Positions 45,134 to 52,508 of a stretch of DNA of 64,000 nt are shown piece after piece; position 1 is the stretch's first letter, and each line of letters starts with the position of its first letter. Source of the DNA: Bacillota bacterium (GTDB taxonomy: Bacteria; Bacillota; DTU025; MWDF01); the NCBI GenBank assembly GCA_029565935.1, contig JAKQNF010000016.1, forward strand, positions 116,031 to 180,030, written 5' to 3'. Made by a program: the position numbers and the translations under genes. The notes beneath the pieces were generated by a model. The model was not told where the DNA came from, ran no database searches, and saw only the letters and a list, made by a program, of their open reading frames with translations.

Positions 45134-46498
45134 ATGGAAGAGAGCAAGCGCACGATGACGGATAAGGACATGCCGGAGGAAGCGAGGGTGGCGACGCCCG
45201 AGAGCCTGAAAAGGAAGAACCTCCGGCATAACTATAAGTGGGCGGTAACGGACGGCGTGCTTGCCTATGTATCGGCGGGCATGGTGCCTCCTTTCATATC
45301 GATCATGGCGCTCACCTACGGCGCGAACGCGATCGGCCTGTCCATGATCAACCTGCTGCCCTCCCTGGTGAACACCCTGCTGTTTTTGCCGTTCGCGGGA
45401 ATAGCCGAGCGCAGCAAGAGCGTTAAGAAGCTTGTGCTGCTCTCGGGGTATCTCACAAGGTCGGTCTTCCTCGCGATGGCGTTCATACCTTTCATGCCGC
45501 AAGGATGGAAGGCCGACCTGGTCATAGCCCTGAACGCACTGCAGGCGGTGCCCTCGGTCCTATACTTGATAGTATGGACGGACATGATGGGCGCCTCCTT
45601 CCCGCAGAGCGAGTGGGGCGTGGTCTTCTCAAGGAGGAACGCGCTTGCGAACCTGGCGTCAGTGATCGGGACGGTCGCCGCGGGATATCTGATCGACTGG
45701 CTGCCGGGCGAGTGGGGCTACTTCGCGATATTCGCGATATCCGGCATAACGGGCATGCTCTCGATATACGCATTGCAGCATATCAAAGAAGTACCTTCTC
45801 CTAAGGCGGAGACGAGGAGCATCTCCGTCTTCAAGAGGCTGGCGATGCCGTTCAGGGACAAGAAGCTGGGAAGGCGCTTCGCCTACTTCTCTGCGGGCCT
45901 CTTCCTCTACAATCTCGGCATATACCTCTCGGCCCCGGCGTTTCCGATGTTCTACGTGAAGGAGCTTGGGCTTACCAAATCGATGATAAGCCTTCTGAAC
46001 ACCGCCGGAACGTTGTTCGTGGTCCTGACGTCGCCTTTCTGGGGCAGGCTGTCGAGAAAACGGGGCAATGCGATAGTGTTCGCATACTCCACGATATGGC
46101 AGGCGCTCTTCCCATACTTCTACTACATCTCGGGGAAGGACCTGGGGATGATGTTCGCCTGGCAGGCGATACTGGGCTTCGGCGTTGCGGGATACAACCT
46201 CTCGATGTTCAACCTGGGCCTTGAGTACGTGGACGAGACGGAGCGCCCGAACGGTATTGCCGTAACGAACACCGTGATATTCATGTCCGGCATCATCGGC
46301 TCCCTCATCGGAGGTCCGCTGATGCAGATGAAGGGCATCGGCGCTACCTTCTTGGTCTCGACCATCATAAGGGTGTTCGGCTGGGCAGTCTTCCTTGCTG
46401 TTTTTGAGCCCTCAAAGATAATGGGGAAGGTATTTAACAAGCGTGAGTCGAAACAGACAGTGGCGAAAAGCGTTAAGAATACCGGAGACAAAAGCTGA
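45134..46498 (+). CDS. MFS-type transporter
   Basis: 454 aa with about 12 hydrophobic segments and a cytoplasmic N-terminal extension. Confidence 0.7.
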   Translation: MEESKRTMTDKDMPEEARVATPESLKRKNLRHNYKWAVTDGVLAYVSAGMVPPFISIMALTYGANAIGLSMINLLPSLVNTLLFLPFAGIAERSKSVKKLVLLSGYLTRSVFLAMAFIPFMPQGWKADLVIALNALQAVPSVLYLIVWTDMMGASFPQSEWGVVFSRRNALANLASVIGTVAAGYLIDWLPGEWGYFAIFAISGITGMLSIYALQHIKEVPSPKAETRSISVFKRLAMPFRDKKLGRRFAYFSAGLFLYNLGIYLSAPAFPMFYVKELGLTKSMISLLNTAGTLFVVLTSPFWGRLSRKRGNAIVFAYSTIWQALFPYFYYISGKDLGMMFAWQAILGFGVAGYNLSMFNLGLEYVDETERPNGIAVTNTVIFMSGIIGSLIGGPLMQMKGIGATFLVSTIIRVFGWAVFLAVFEPSKIMGKVFNKRESKQTVAKSVKNTGDKS

Positions 46499-46521
46499 TG
46501 CTTGATGAGGAGGGAAGGCAG

Positions 46522-46848
46522 ATGAAGCTTATTCTTGCGATAGTAAGGGACGATACGATGAGGGCCTTGAACGAGACCCTCACGGACGCGGGCTACATGT
46601 TCACCAAGGTGGCAAGCAGCGGCGGGTTCCTGAAACTGGGAAACACCACCCTCCTTATGGGCGTCGAGGACGCCAAGGTGGAAGAGGTCCTGATGATGAT
46701 AAAGGACTGCTGCAAAACAAGGCAGGAATACATGTCGCTGGGGGTGCCGATACCATCACAGGGGGGATTCGTCCCACCGCCGGTGAAAGTAGCGCACGGC
46801 GGTGCGACGGTTTTCGTGATGGACGTTGAAAGTTTCATCAAAGTCTGA
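46522..46848 (+). CDS. darA: P-II-like cyclic-di-AMP receptor (DarA/PstA family)
   Basis: MKLILAIVRDD...FTKVASSGGFLKLGNTTLLMGVED...GGATVFVMDVESF closely parallels B. subtilis DarA as I recall it. Confidence 0.85.
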   Translation: MKLILAIVRDDTMRALNETLTDAGYMFTKVASSGGFLKLGNTTLLMGVEDAKVEEVLMMIKDCCKTRQEYMSLGVPIPSQGGFVPPPVKVAHGGATVFVMDVESFIKV

Positions 46849-46850
46849 AA

Positions 46851-46868
46851 TTGATAATCACTTATCAA
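46851..46868. promoter_or_regulatory. Perfect 7-4-7 palindrome TTGATAA-TCAC-TTATCAA (Rex-box-like)
   Basis: Seen directly. It follows the TTGnnAA-N4-TTnnCAA architecture of Rex operators. Confidence 0.35.
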
Positions 46869-46875
46869 ATGCTGG

Positions 46876-46907
46876 AGAGGCGCACCGCCGGAAAGCGGTG
46901 CGCCTCT
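46876..46907 (+). terminator. Hairpin after darA
   Basis: AGAGGCGCACCGC-CGGAAA-GCGGTGCGCCTCT: a 13-bp stem with no clear T-tract. Confidence 0.5.
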
Positions 46908-46936
46908 GTGGTACTGAAAATAGGACAGCTGTATTA

Positions 46937-46954
46937 TTGTGAAGGGATGTACAA
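46937..46954. promoter_or_regulatory. Second Rex-box-like site TTGTGAA-GGGA-TGTACAA
   Basis: The left half is the canonical TTGTGAA. The right half matches TTCACAA at 5 of 7 positions. The site lies ~45 nt upstream of the hfsA-like start, next to TATACT (46961-46966). Confidence 0.35.
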
Positions 46955-46996
46955 AACAGATATACTTAATGAGTAAGATACTATGGAGAATGAACA

Positions 46997-47239
46997 ATGA
47001 AGACTGTTAAAGTGTGCGTCGGAAGTGCTTGCAACATCAAAGGCGCCCCAGAGGTAATCGAAAGGTATAAGAGGCTCATCGAGGAGAACGCCCTTCAGTG
47101 CGACGTTGTACTGAAGGGATGCTTTTGTATGAAGAACTGCTCCAGTGGCGTATCCGTGGAACTGGATGGGACCGTCCTCAACGGACTGGACCCTGCCGAG
47201 GCCGAAGTCCAGTTCAGGAAGTTGATAATGGGGGAGTGA
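46997..47239 (+). CDS. Small thioredoxin-like [2Fe-2S] ferredoxin (HfsA-like)
   Basis: 80 aa, VKVCVGSACNIKGA...LKGCFCMKNC. It has the same Cys pattern as the C-terminal domain of HydA at 54279-54527. Confidence 0.7.
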   Translation: MKTVKVCVGSACNIKGAPEVIERYKRLIEENALQCDVVLKGCFCMKNCSSGVSVELDGTVLNGLDPAEAEVQFRKLIMGE

Positions 47240-47245
47240 AAGCCG

Positions 47246-48925
47246 ATGCCTGCGATTCTTAGCGTCCCTTCGAATTGCAGGGACTGCTACAAGTGCATAC
47301 GGTACTGCCCCGTAAAGGCTATTAAAGCATCCGGAGGCCACACGGAGATAGAAGAGGAGCTCTGCATCGCCTGCGCCGAATGCGCAATCGTATGTCCTCA
47401 AGCTGCAAAGGTGGTCAGGGACGACAGGGGCTCGGTCATGGCAAGGCTCGCATCGGGTGGTACATCGGCCCTCGTACTTCACCACGCGTTCGGATCATCC
47501 TTTCCGGGCATCGACCCCTCAAAGGTGGTGGGAGCGGCCAAGAGGCTGGGATTCACGCACGTCTACAGCACCGCGAAAGCGTCGGCCGCGACCGTAAGGG
47601 CACACCTTGAGCTTGCGGGGGTGTCAGAGAAGAAGCCGATCATAGCATCATATTGCCCCGTCATAGTCAACCTGATAGAAAGATATTACCCTGAGAAACT
47701 GGAGAATCTGGCGCAAGTCGCCACCCCCATGGTCGCCCAGGCGAGGAAGCTCAGGAAAACGCTGGGCCAGAGCTGCTATATCGTATACGCAGGACCCTGC
47801 ATCGCCTCCAAGGGCGAGGTGGAAAGGCAGGAGTACAGGGGCCTGGTGGACGCCGTGCTCACTTTCGGCGAGCTTGCCTCCATAATCGACAAGAAGGGCC
47901 TTAGTATAAAGGATTGCACCGCGGTAGAACCTGAGGACGGATGCCCCACTGCAGAGGAGGACAAGGCACAGGAAAACAGGCCCGCTTCTGAAGGCGACCT
48001 TTACGGCGGGGAGATATCGGTCCTGGGTATAGAAGGGTCCATGCATGCCCTGAGCCACATGGACGACTACTCCGACTTCCCGCTGCTGGACCTTGCGGCC
48101 TGCGTCGACTGCTCTTTGTGCGGACCATCCGGGACGAGGGGGAAGGCGGGCCGCATGAGCCTGATAAGGGCCAGCACGCGGCGTGTCGCTGACGTAGGAG
48201 AAGCAGCCGCTGAGTGTTTCGACACATCGGCGAGGTATACATCGAAGGACGTAAGGAAGCCCGAGCCCGCCGAGGCGATGATCACGAAGGTGCTGTCGAA
48301 GATCGGCAGGGGCCCGAAGGACGACCGCACGGACTGCGGCGCCTGCGGCTACTACACTTGCCGCGACCTTGCGGTAGCGATCACCAGGGGCCTGGCGGAA
48401 CCCGAGATGTGCATGCCCTTCATGAAGTCGGGCGCAGAGGCCATGGGCAACCTCGTGGTGAACGAATCCCCCAACGGCATCCTCGGGGTAAGGAGCGACA
48501 TGACGGTCGCGCTGACGAACCCAGCCATCTGCCGGATCACCGGCCTGTCGGCGGAATCGATGATCGGCAAGCCGATCCCGGATATCTTCGAAAAGGAGCC
48601 GTTCAGGACGGTATTCGAGACGAAGACTACGATAATGAGGCAGACGAACGGCAACTGCGGCCTGGAGAAGGCGAAGGAAGCCTACATGCACCTGCAGTCG
48701 AAGGACATGGTGGTGCTGATAGTATCCGACCTTAGCAGGGAGTTCAAGGACAAGGAGGCCCTAGTCAAGGAGAGGCGGGAGACCGCCGAGAGGGCCGGCA
48801 GGGTCATAGAGAACCAGATGAGGGTCGCACAGCAGGTGGCAGGCCTCATGGGAGAGGCGGCGGCCGAGACGAAAGTACTGCTCTCAAGGCTTATGAAGCA
48901 GCTCGAGGAGGGTTCGGAGGAATGA
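47246..48925 (+). CDS. Sensory-type [FeFe]-hydrogenase-like protein (HydS/HfsB-like): 2x[4Fe-4S], H-domain, Fe-S motif, PAS
   Basis: CRDCYKCIRYCP and CIACAECAIVCP. H-cluster motifs are altered: ASYCP (vs TSCCP), GPCIASKGE (vs MPCxxKxxE) and AACVDCSLCG (vs MACxxGCxxGG). Then CGACGYYTCRDLA (RnfB-type Fe-S motif), then a PAS-like segment GILGVRSDMTVALTNPAICRITGLSAESMIGKPI. Confidence 0.8.
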   Translation: MPAILSVPSNCRDCYKCIRYCPVKAIKASGGHTEIEEELCIACAECAIVCPQAAKVVRDDRGSVMARLASGGTSALVLHHAFGSSFPGIDPSKVVGAAKRLGFTHVYSTAKASAATVRAHLELAGVSEKKPIIASYCPVIVNLIERYYPEKLENLAQVATPMVAQARKLRKTLGQSCYIVYAGPCIASKGEVERQEYRGLVDAVLTFGELASIIDKKGLSIKDCTAVEPEDGCPTAEEDKAQENRPASEGDLYGGEISVLGIEGSMHALSHMDDYSDFPLLDLAACVDCSLCGPSGTRGKAGRMSLIRASTRRVADVGEAAAECFDTSARYTSKDVRKPEPAEAMITKVLSKIGRGPKDDRTDCGACGYYTCRDLAVAITRGLAEPEMCMPFMKSGAEAMGNLVVNESPNGILGVRSDMTVALTNPAICRITGLSAESMIGKPIPDIFEKEPFRTVFETKTTIMRQTNGNCGLEKAKEAYMHLQSKDMVVLIVSDLSREFKDKEALVKERRETAERAGRVIENQMRVAQQVAGLMGEAAAETKVLLSRLMKQLEEGSEE

Positions 48926-50091
48926 GCTCCGGCCTTTACTACGAGGCTTCGTATTCCTCTTTGTGCAAGCACGGGGAGACGATCTGCGGGGACAAGGTTG
49001 AGATAGTCAAAGCCTCGGGTTCGATGATGGCGGTGCTCTCGGACGGCTTAGGTTCCGGCATCAAGGCGAACGTGCTCTCGACGCTGACCACAAGGATAGC
49101 GACGTACATGCTAAAGGAAGGCTCCAGCATCGAGGATGTCGTAGACACGATAGGCAGGACGCTCCCGATATGCCAGGTGAGAGGCGTCGCCTACTCGACG
49201 TTTTCGATAGTGAGGCTCTCGGAGGACGGCACGGGCAACGTCGTAGAGTACGACACGCCGGACATCTTCCTTTACAGGGAAGGTACGGTCACTAAGATAA
49301 GCACGAAGAAGCGCAAGGTGGCGGAGAAAGAAGTTTTGGAGGGCAGCTTCGAAGTCAAGGACGGGGATCACTTGTTCATGGTCTCGGACGGCGTCATACA
49401 CGCAGGCCTCGGCGACATCCTCAACCTCGGTTGGCAGTGGGAGAACGTGGCCGAGTACATAAGGAAGACTGTGCCTAAGGCAAGGGGCGACAGCGCGCAG
49501 CTCTCGAAGTGGCTGACCGGGGTTTGCGACCAGTTCTACGGTGGCAAGCCGGGTGACGATACGACGGTCGTATGCATAGCGGCGAGGCAGCCGAGGATGA
49601 CATCGGTGGCGATAGGCCCGCCCAGCAGGAAGGAACTGGATGCGGAGCTCGTAAGAAAGTTCATGGCGAGGCCGGGCAGGAAGATAATCTGCGGGGGGAC
49701 CACTGGCAACCTCTTCGCAAGGGAGCTCGGCGCGGACATGGAAGTGGACCTTAGCACGGGCGGGGACGGGATCCCCCCCATGGCGAAGATGAAGGGCGTA
49801 GACATGGTGACCGAGGGGATAATAACCCTCACGAGCGCGTTGGACAAATTAGGAGCCATAGATGCCGGCGAGATGACGAAGGCAGGAATGACAGGACGGG
49901 ATGCGGCATCATTATTGGCGAAGGCGCTGCTAGATGCGGACAGGCTGGATTTCTTCGTCGGAAGGGCCAAGAACATAGCCCACACCGACGCAGCGTCGCT
50001 TGTAGACTACAGGTTCAAGAGCCAGGCTGTGGACGCCGTCATCAGGATGATGAGGGCGTTAGGTAAAGACGTCAGCGTAACTTACTATTAA
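48922..50091 (+). CDS. PP2C/SpoIIE-family serine phosphatase with an uncharacterised C-terminal domain (HfsC-like)
   Basis: GDKVEIV...AVLSDGLGSGIKANVLS...HLFMVSDGVIHAG...GDDTTVV are PP2C motifs. The C-terminal ~170 aa are unassigned. It overlaps the upstream gene by 4 nt. Confidence 0.8.
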   Translation: MSSGLYYEASYSSLCKHGETICGDKVEIVKASGSMMAVLSDGLGSGIKANVLSTLTTRIATYMLKEGSSIEDVVDTIGRTLPICQVRGVAYSTFSIVRLSEDGTGNVVEYDTPDIFLYREGTVTKISTKKRKVAEKEVLEGSFEVKDGDHLFMVSDGVIHAGLGDILNLGWQWENVAEYIRKTVPKARGDSAQLSKWLTGVCDQFYGGKPGDDTTVVCIAARQPRMTSVAIGPPSRKELDAELVRKFMARPGRKIICGGTTGNLFARELGADMEVDLSTGGDGIPPMAKMKGVDMVTEGIITLTSALDKLGAIDAGEMTKAGMTGRDAASLLAKALLDADRLDFFVGRAKNIAHTDAASLVDYRFKSQAVDAVIRMMRALGKDVSVTYY

Positions 50092-50116
50092 TCAACCCAA
50101 GGAGGTTAATGCCGAA

Positions 50117-50614
50117 ATGACCCAGGATCTTAGCTCAGCGCGGAAATTCGAGAAGATCAATGGCATCATCGAGAAAAACGGTAAAAGTCAGAGCGCGCTT
50201 ATACCGATCCTCCAGGCGGTACAGACCGAGTACAGGTACCTGCCTGAGGAAATCCTAACCTACATCGCGACAGCGCTCGGCATACCCGCAGCCACGGTGT
50301 TTGGCGTGGCGACATTCTACGCGCAGTTCTCCCTTGAGCCCAAGGGCAAGTACGTGGTCAGGGTGTGCGACGGCACCGCGTGTCATGTCAGGGGTTCGAT
50401 GCCGGTCTATGACGCCATCATCAAGAGGATCGGCCTCAAGGAAGGCAAGTTCACGACATCCGACCTCAGGTTCACGGTCGAGACCGTAGCCTGCCTCGGA
50501 GCATGCGGACTTTCACCCGTGCTCATGGTCAACGACAAAGTATACGGGCAGATGACGGCCGAGGCGGCCGAGATCATCATCGATGCCCTTCTGAAAGAGG
50601 AGGGACTGGTATGA
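50117..50614 (+). CDS. hydC: NuoE-like [2Fe-2S] subunit of NAD(P)-dependent [FeFe] hydrogenase (HydC)
   Basis: LIPILQAVQTEYRYLP and VCDGTACHVRG...CLGACGLSP are thioredoxin-like 2Fe-2S motifs. Confidence 0.9.
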   Translation: MTQDLSSARKFEKINGIIEKNGKSQSALIPILQAVQTEYRYLPEEILTYIATALGIPAATVFGVATFYAQFSLEPKGKYVVRVCDGTACHVRGSMPVYDAIIKRIGLKEGKFTTSDLRFTVETVACLGACGLSPVLMVNDKVYGQMTAEAAEIIIDALLKEEGLV

Positions 50615-52494
50615 GCAAGGTGACTAGCGAAAAGCAGCTTTCTGAGCTCAGGGAGAAATATCTTTCGAAGATTTCCTCCTTCGGGAAGAGGGTCTTCGTG
50701 TGCGTAGGACCCGGCTGCATCCTCTCTGGCGGCGCCGAAGTCTACGACGCACTGAAAGCGGAGCTCGACAAACGCGGCATATACGCGTTCCTCGACGACG
50801 AGAAGGCGGACGAGAATTCGATCAACACGATAAAGACAGGCTGCCACGGCTTCTGCGACATCGGGCCGCTTGTTAGGATCGAACCCGGTGCGATCACCTA
50901 CTGCCACGTGAAACCGGAAGACGTGACCGAGATAGTCGAGAAGACACTTCTGGGCGGACAGGTCATCGAAAGGCTCCTTTACAAGGACCCCAAGACGGGA
51001 AAGCCGATCACTCACGAGTGCGAGATACCTTTCTACAAGAAGCAGATAAAAGTGGCCCTGGCTGGTTCGGGCAAGGTAAACGCCGAGGACCTCAGGGAGT
51101 ATATAGCCAACGGCGGCTACGCCGCTCTGGCCAAGTGCATCACCACGATGACCCCCCAGCAGGTCATAGACACTATACTCGAATCGGGCCTGAGGGGAAG
51201 GGGCGGCGGAGGCTTCCCCACCGGCAGGAAATGGGGTTTCGCGGCCGCTCAGGTCAATGAAGTCAAGTACATGGTCTGCAACGGCGACGAGGGCGACCCG
51301 GGAGCGTTCATGGACAGAGCCGTCATGGAAGGCGACCCTCACAAGGTTATAGAGGGCATGGCGATAGCGGGCTATGCCATAGGCGCTCATTACGGCTACA
51401 TCTATGTCAGGGCCGAGTACCCGATCGCCATCAAGAGGCTCACCAAAGCCATCGGTCAGGCGGAGGAGATGGGCCTGCTGGGCGACAACATCCTCGGCAC
51501 CGACTTCTCGTTCCACCTCAAGATCAAAGAGGGCGCCGGCGCCTTCGTATGCGGCGAGGAGACGGCCCTTCTGGCATCGATAGAGGGCAAGCGCGGAATG
51601 CCCAGGTCCAGGCCACCGTTCCCCGCAGTGAGCGGGCTGTTCGGTAAGCCCACGATCATCAACAACGTGGAGACGCTGGCCAACGTGCCCATGATCATCA
51701 ACAAGGGGGCCGCGTGGTTCAAGTCCATGGGAGTTCCCACCAGCACCGGCACAAAGACCTTCGCGCTCACCGGCAAGGTTAACAACACCGGCCTCATCGA
51801 AGTCCCGATGGGAACTACTTTAAGGGAGATAGTGTTCGACATCGGCGGCGGCGTAAAAGGCGGGAAGAAATTCAAGGCCGTCCAGATCGGCGGACCCTCG
51901 GGCGGATGCCTGACCGAACAGCACCTAGATATGCCCCTTGATTATGACTCGCTGCAGAAGGCGGGGGCCATGGTAGGGTCCGGCGGAATGGTCGTCGTGG
52001 ACGAGGACACCTGCATGGTGGAGATGGCGCGCTTCTTCATGAACTTCACCCAGAAGGAATCCTGCGGTAAGTGCGTACCCTGCCGTGAGGGAACCAAGAG
52101 GATGCTGGAACTGCTCACCAAGATAACCTCCGACAAGGCTGACGAGGCCGACGTGGACACGCTTCTGGAGATCGCATCGGTAGTCAAGGACAGCTCCCTA
52201 TGCAACCTCGGCAAGACAGCCCCCAACCCGGTGCTCACGACCATGAAGTACTTCAAGAACGAGTACGACGCGCACATTTACGACAGGGTGTGCCCCTCCC
52301 ATGTGTGCAAGGCTTTCGAGCACTACGAGATACTTCCCGAGCTGTGCAAGGGCTGCGGCAGATGTAAGAAGGTGTGCCCCGTCGAGGCGATATCGGGCGA
52401 GCTGCGGGCGCATCATGTCATAGACTACGACAAGTGCATCAAGTGCGGGGCGTGCGCCGAGACATGCGCGTTCAACGCAATCGTCAAAAGGTGA
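50611..52494 (+). CDS. hydB: NuoF-like flavoprotein subunit of [FeFe] hydrogenase (HydB)
   Basis: GLRGRGGGGFPTGRKW (FMN/NAD site), CNGDEGDPGAF, ESCGKCVPCREG, and C-terminal 2x[4Fe-4S] CKGCGRCKKVCP / CIKCGACAETC. ATG 50611 overlaps the hydC stop (ATGA). The track start at 50503 lies inside hydC. Confidence 0.9.
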   Translation: MSKVTSEKQLSELREKYLSKISSFGKRVFVCVGPGCILSGGAEVYDALKAELDKRGIYAFLDDEKADENSINTIKTGCHGFCDIGPLVRIEPGAITYCHVKPEDVTEIVEKTLLGGQVIERLLYKDPKTGKPITHECEIPFYKKQIKVALAGSGKVNAEDLREYIANGGYAALAKCITTMTPQQVIDTILESGLRGRGGGGFPTGRKWGFAAAQVNEVKYMVCNGDEGDPGAFMDRAVMEGDPHKVIEGMAIAGYAIGAHYGYIYVRAEYPIAIKRLTKAIGQAEEMGLLGDNILGTDFSFHLKIKEGAGAFVCGEETALLASIEGKRGMPRSRPPFPAVSGLFGKPTIINNVETLANVPMIINKGAAWFKSMGVPTSTGTKTFALTGKVNNTGLIEVPMGTTLREIVFDIGGGVKGGKKFKAVQIGGPSGGCLTEQHLDMPLDYDSLQKAGAMVGSGGMVVVDEDTCMVEMARFFMNFTQKESCGKCVPCREGTKRMLELLTKITSDKADEADVDTLLEIASVVKDSSLCNLGKTAPNPVLTTMKYFKNEYDAHIYDRVCPSHVCKAFEHYEILPELCKGCGRCKKVCPVEAISGELRAHHVIDYDKCIKCGACAETCAFNAIVKR

Positions 52495-52508
52495 GGAGGT
52501 AAAGGCAT

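Noticed and set aside
47648-51516. Minus-strand ORFs 47648..48691 (347 aa) and 50407..51516 (369 aa)
   Set aside because: They are antisense to the HydS-like and HydC/HydB genes, with shadow-ORF composition.
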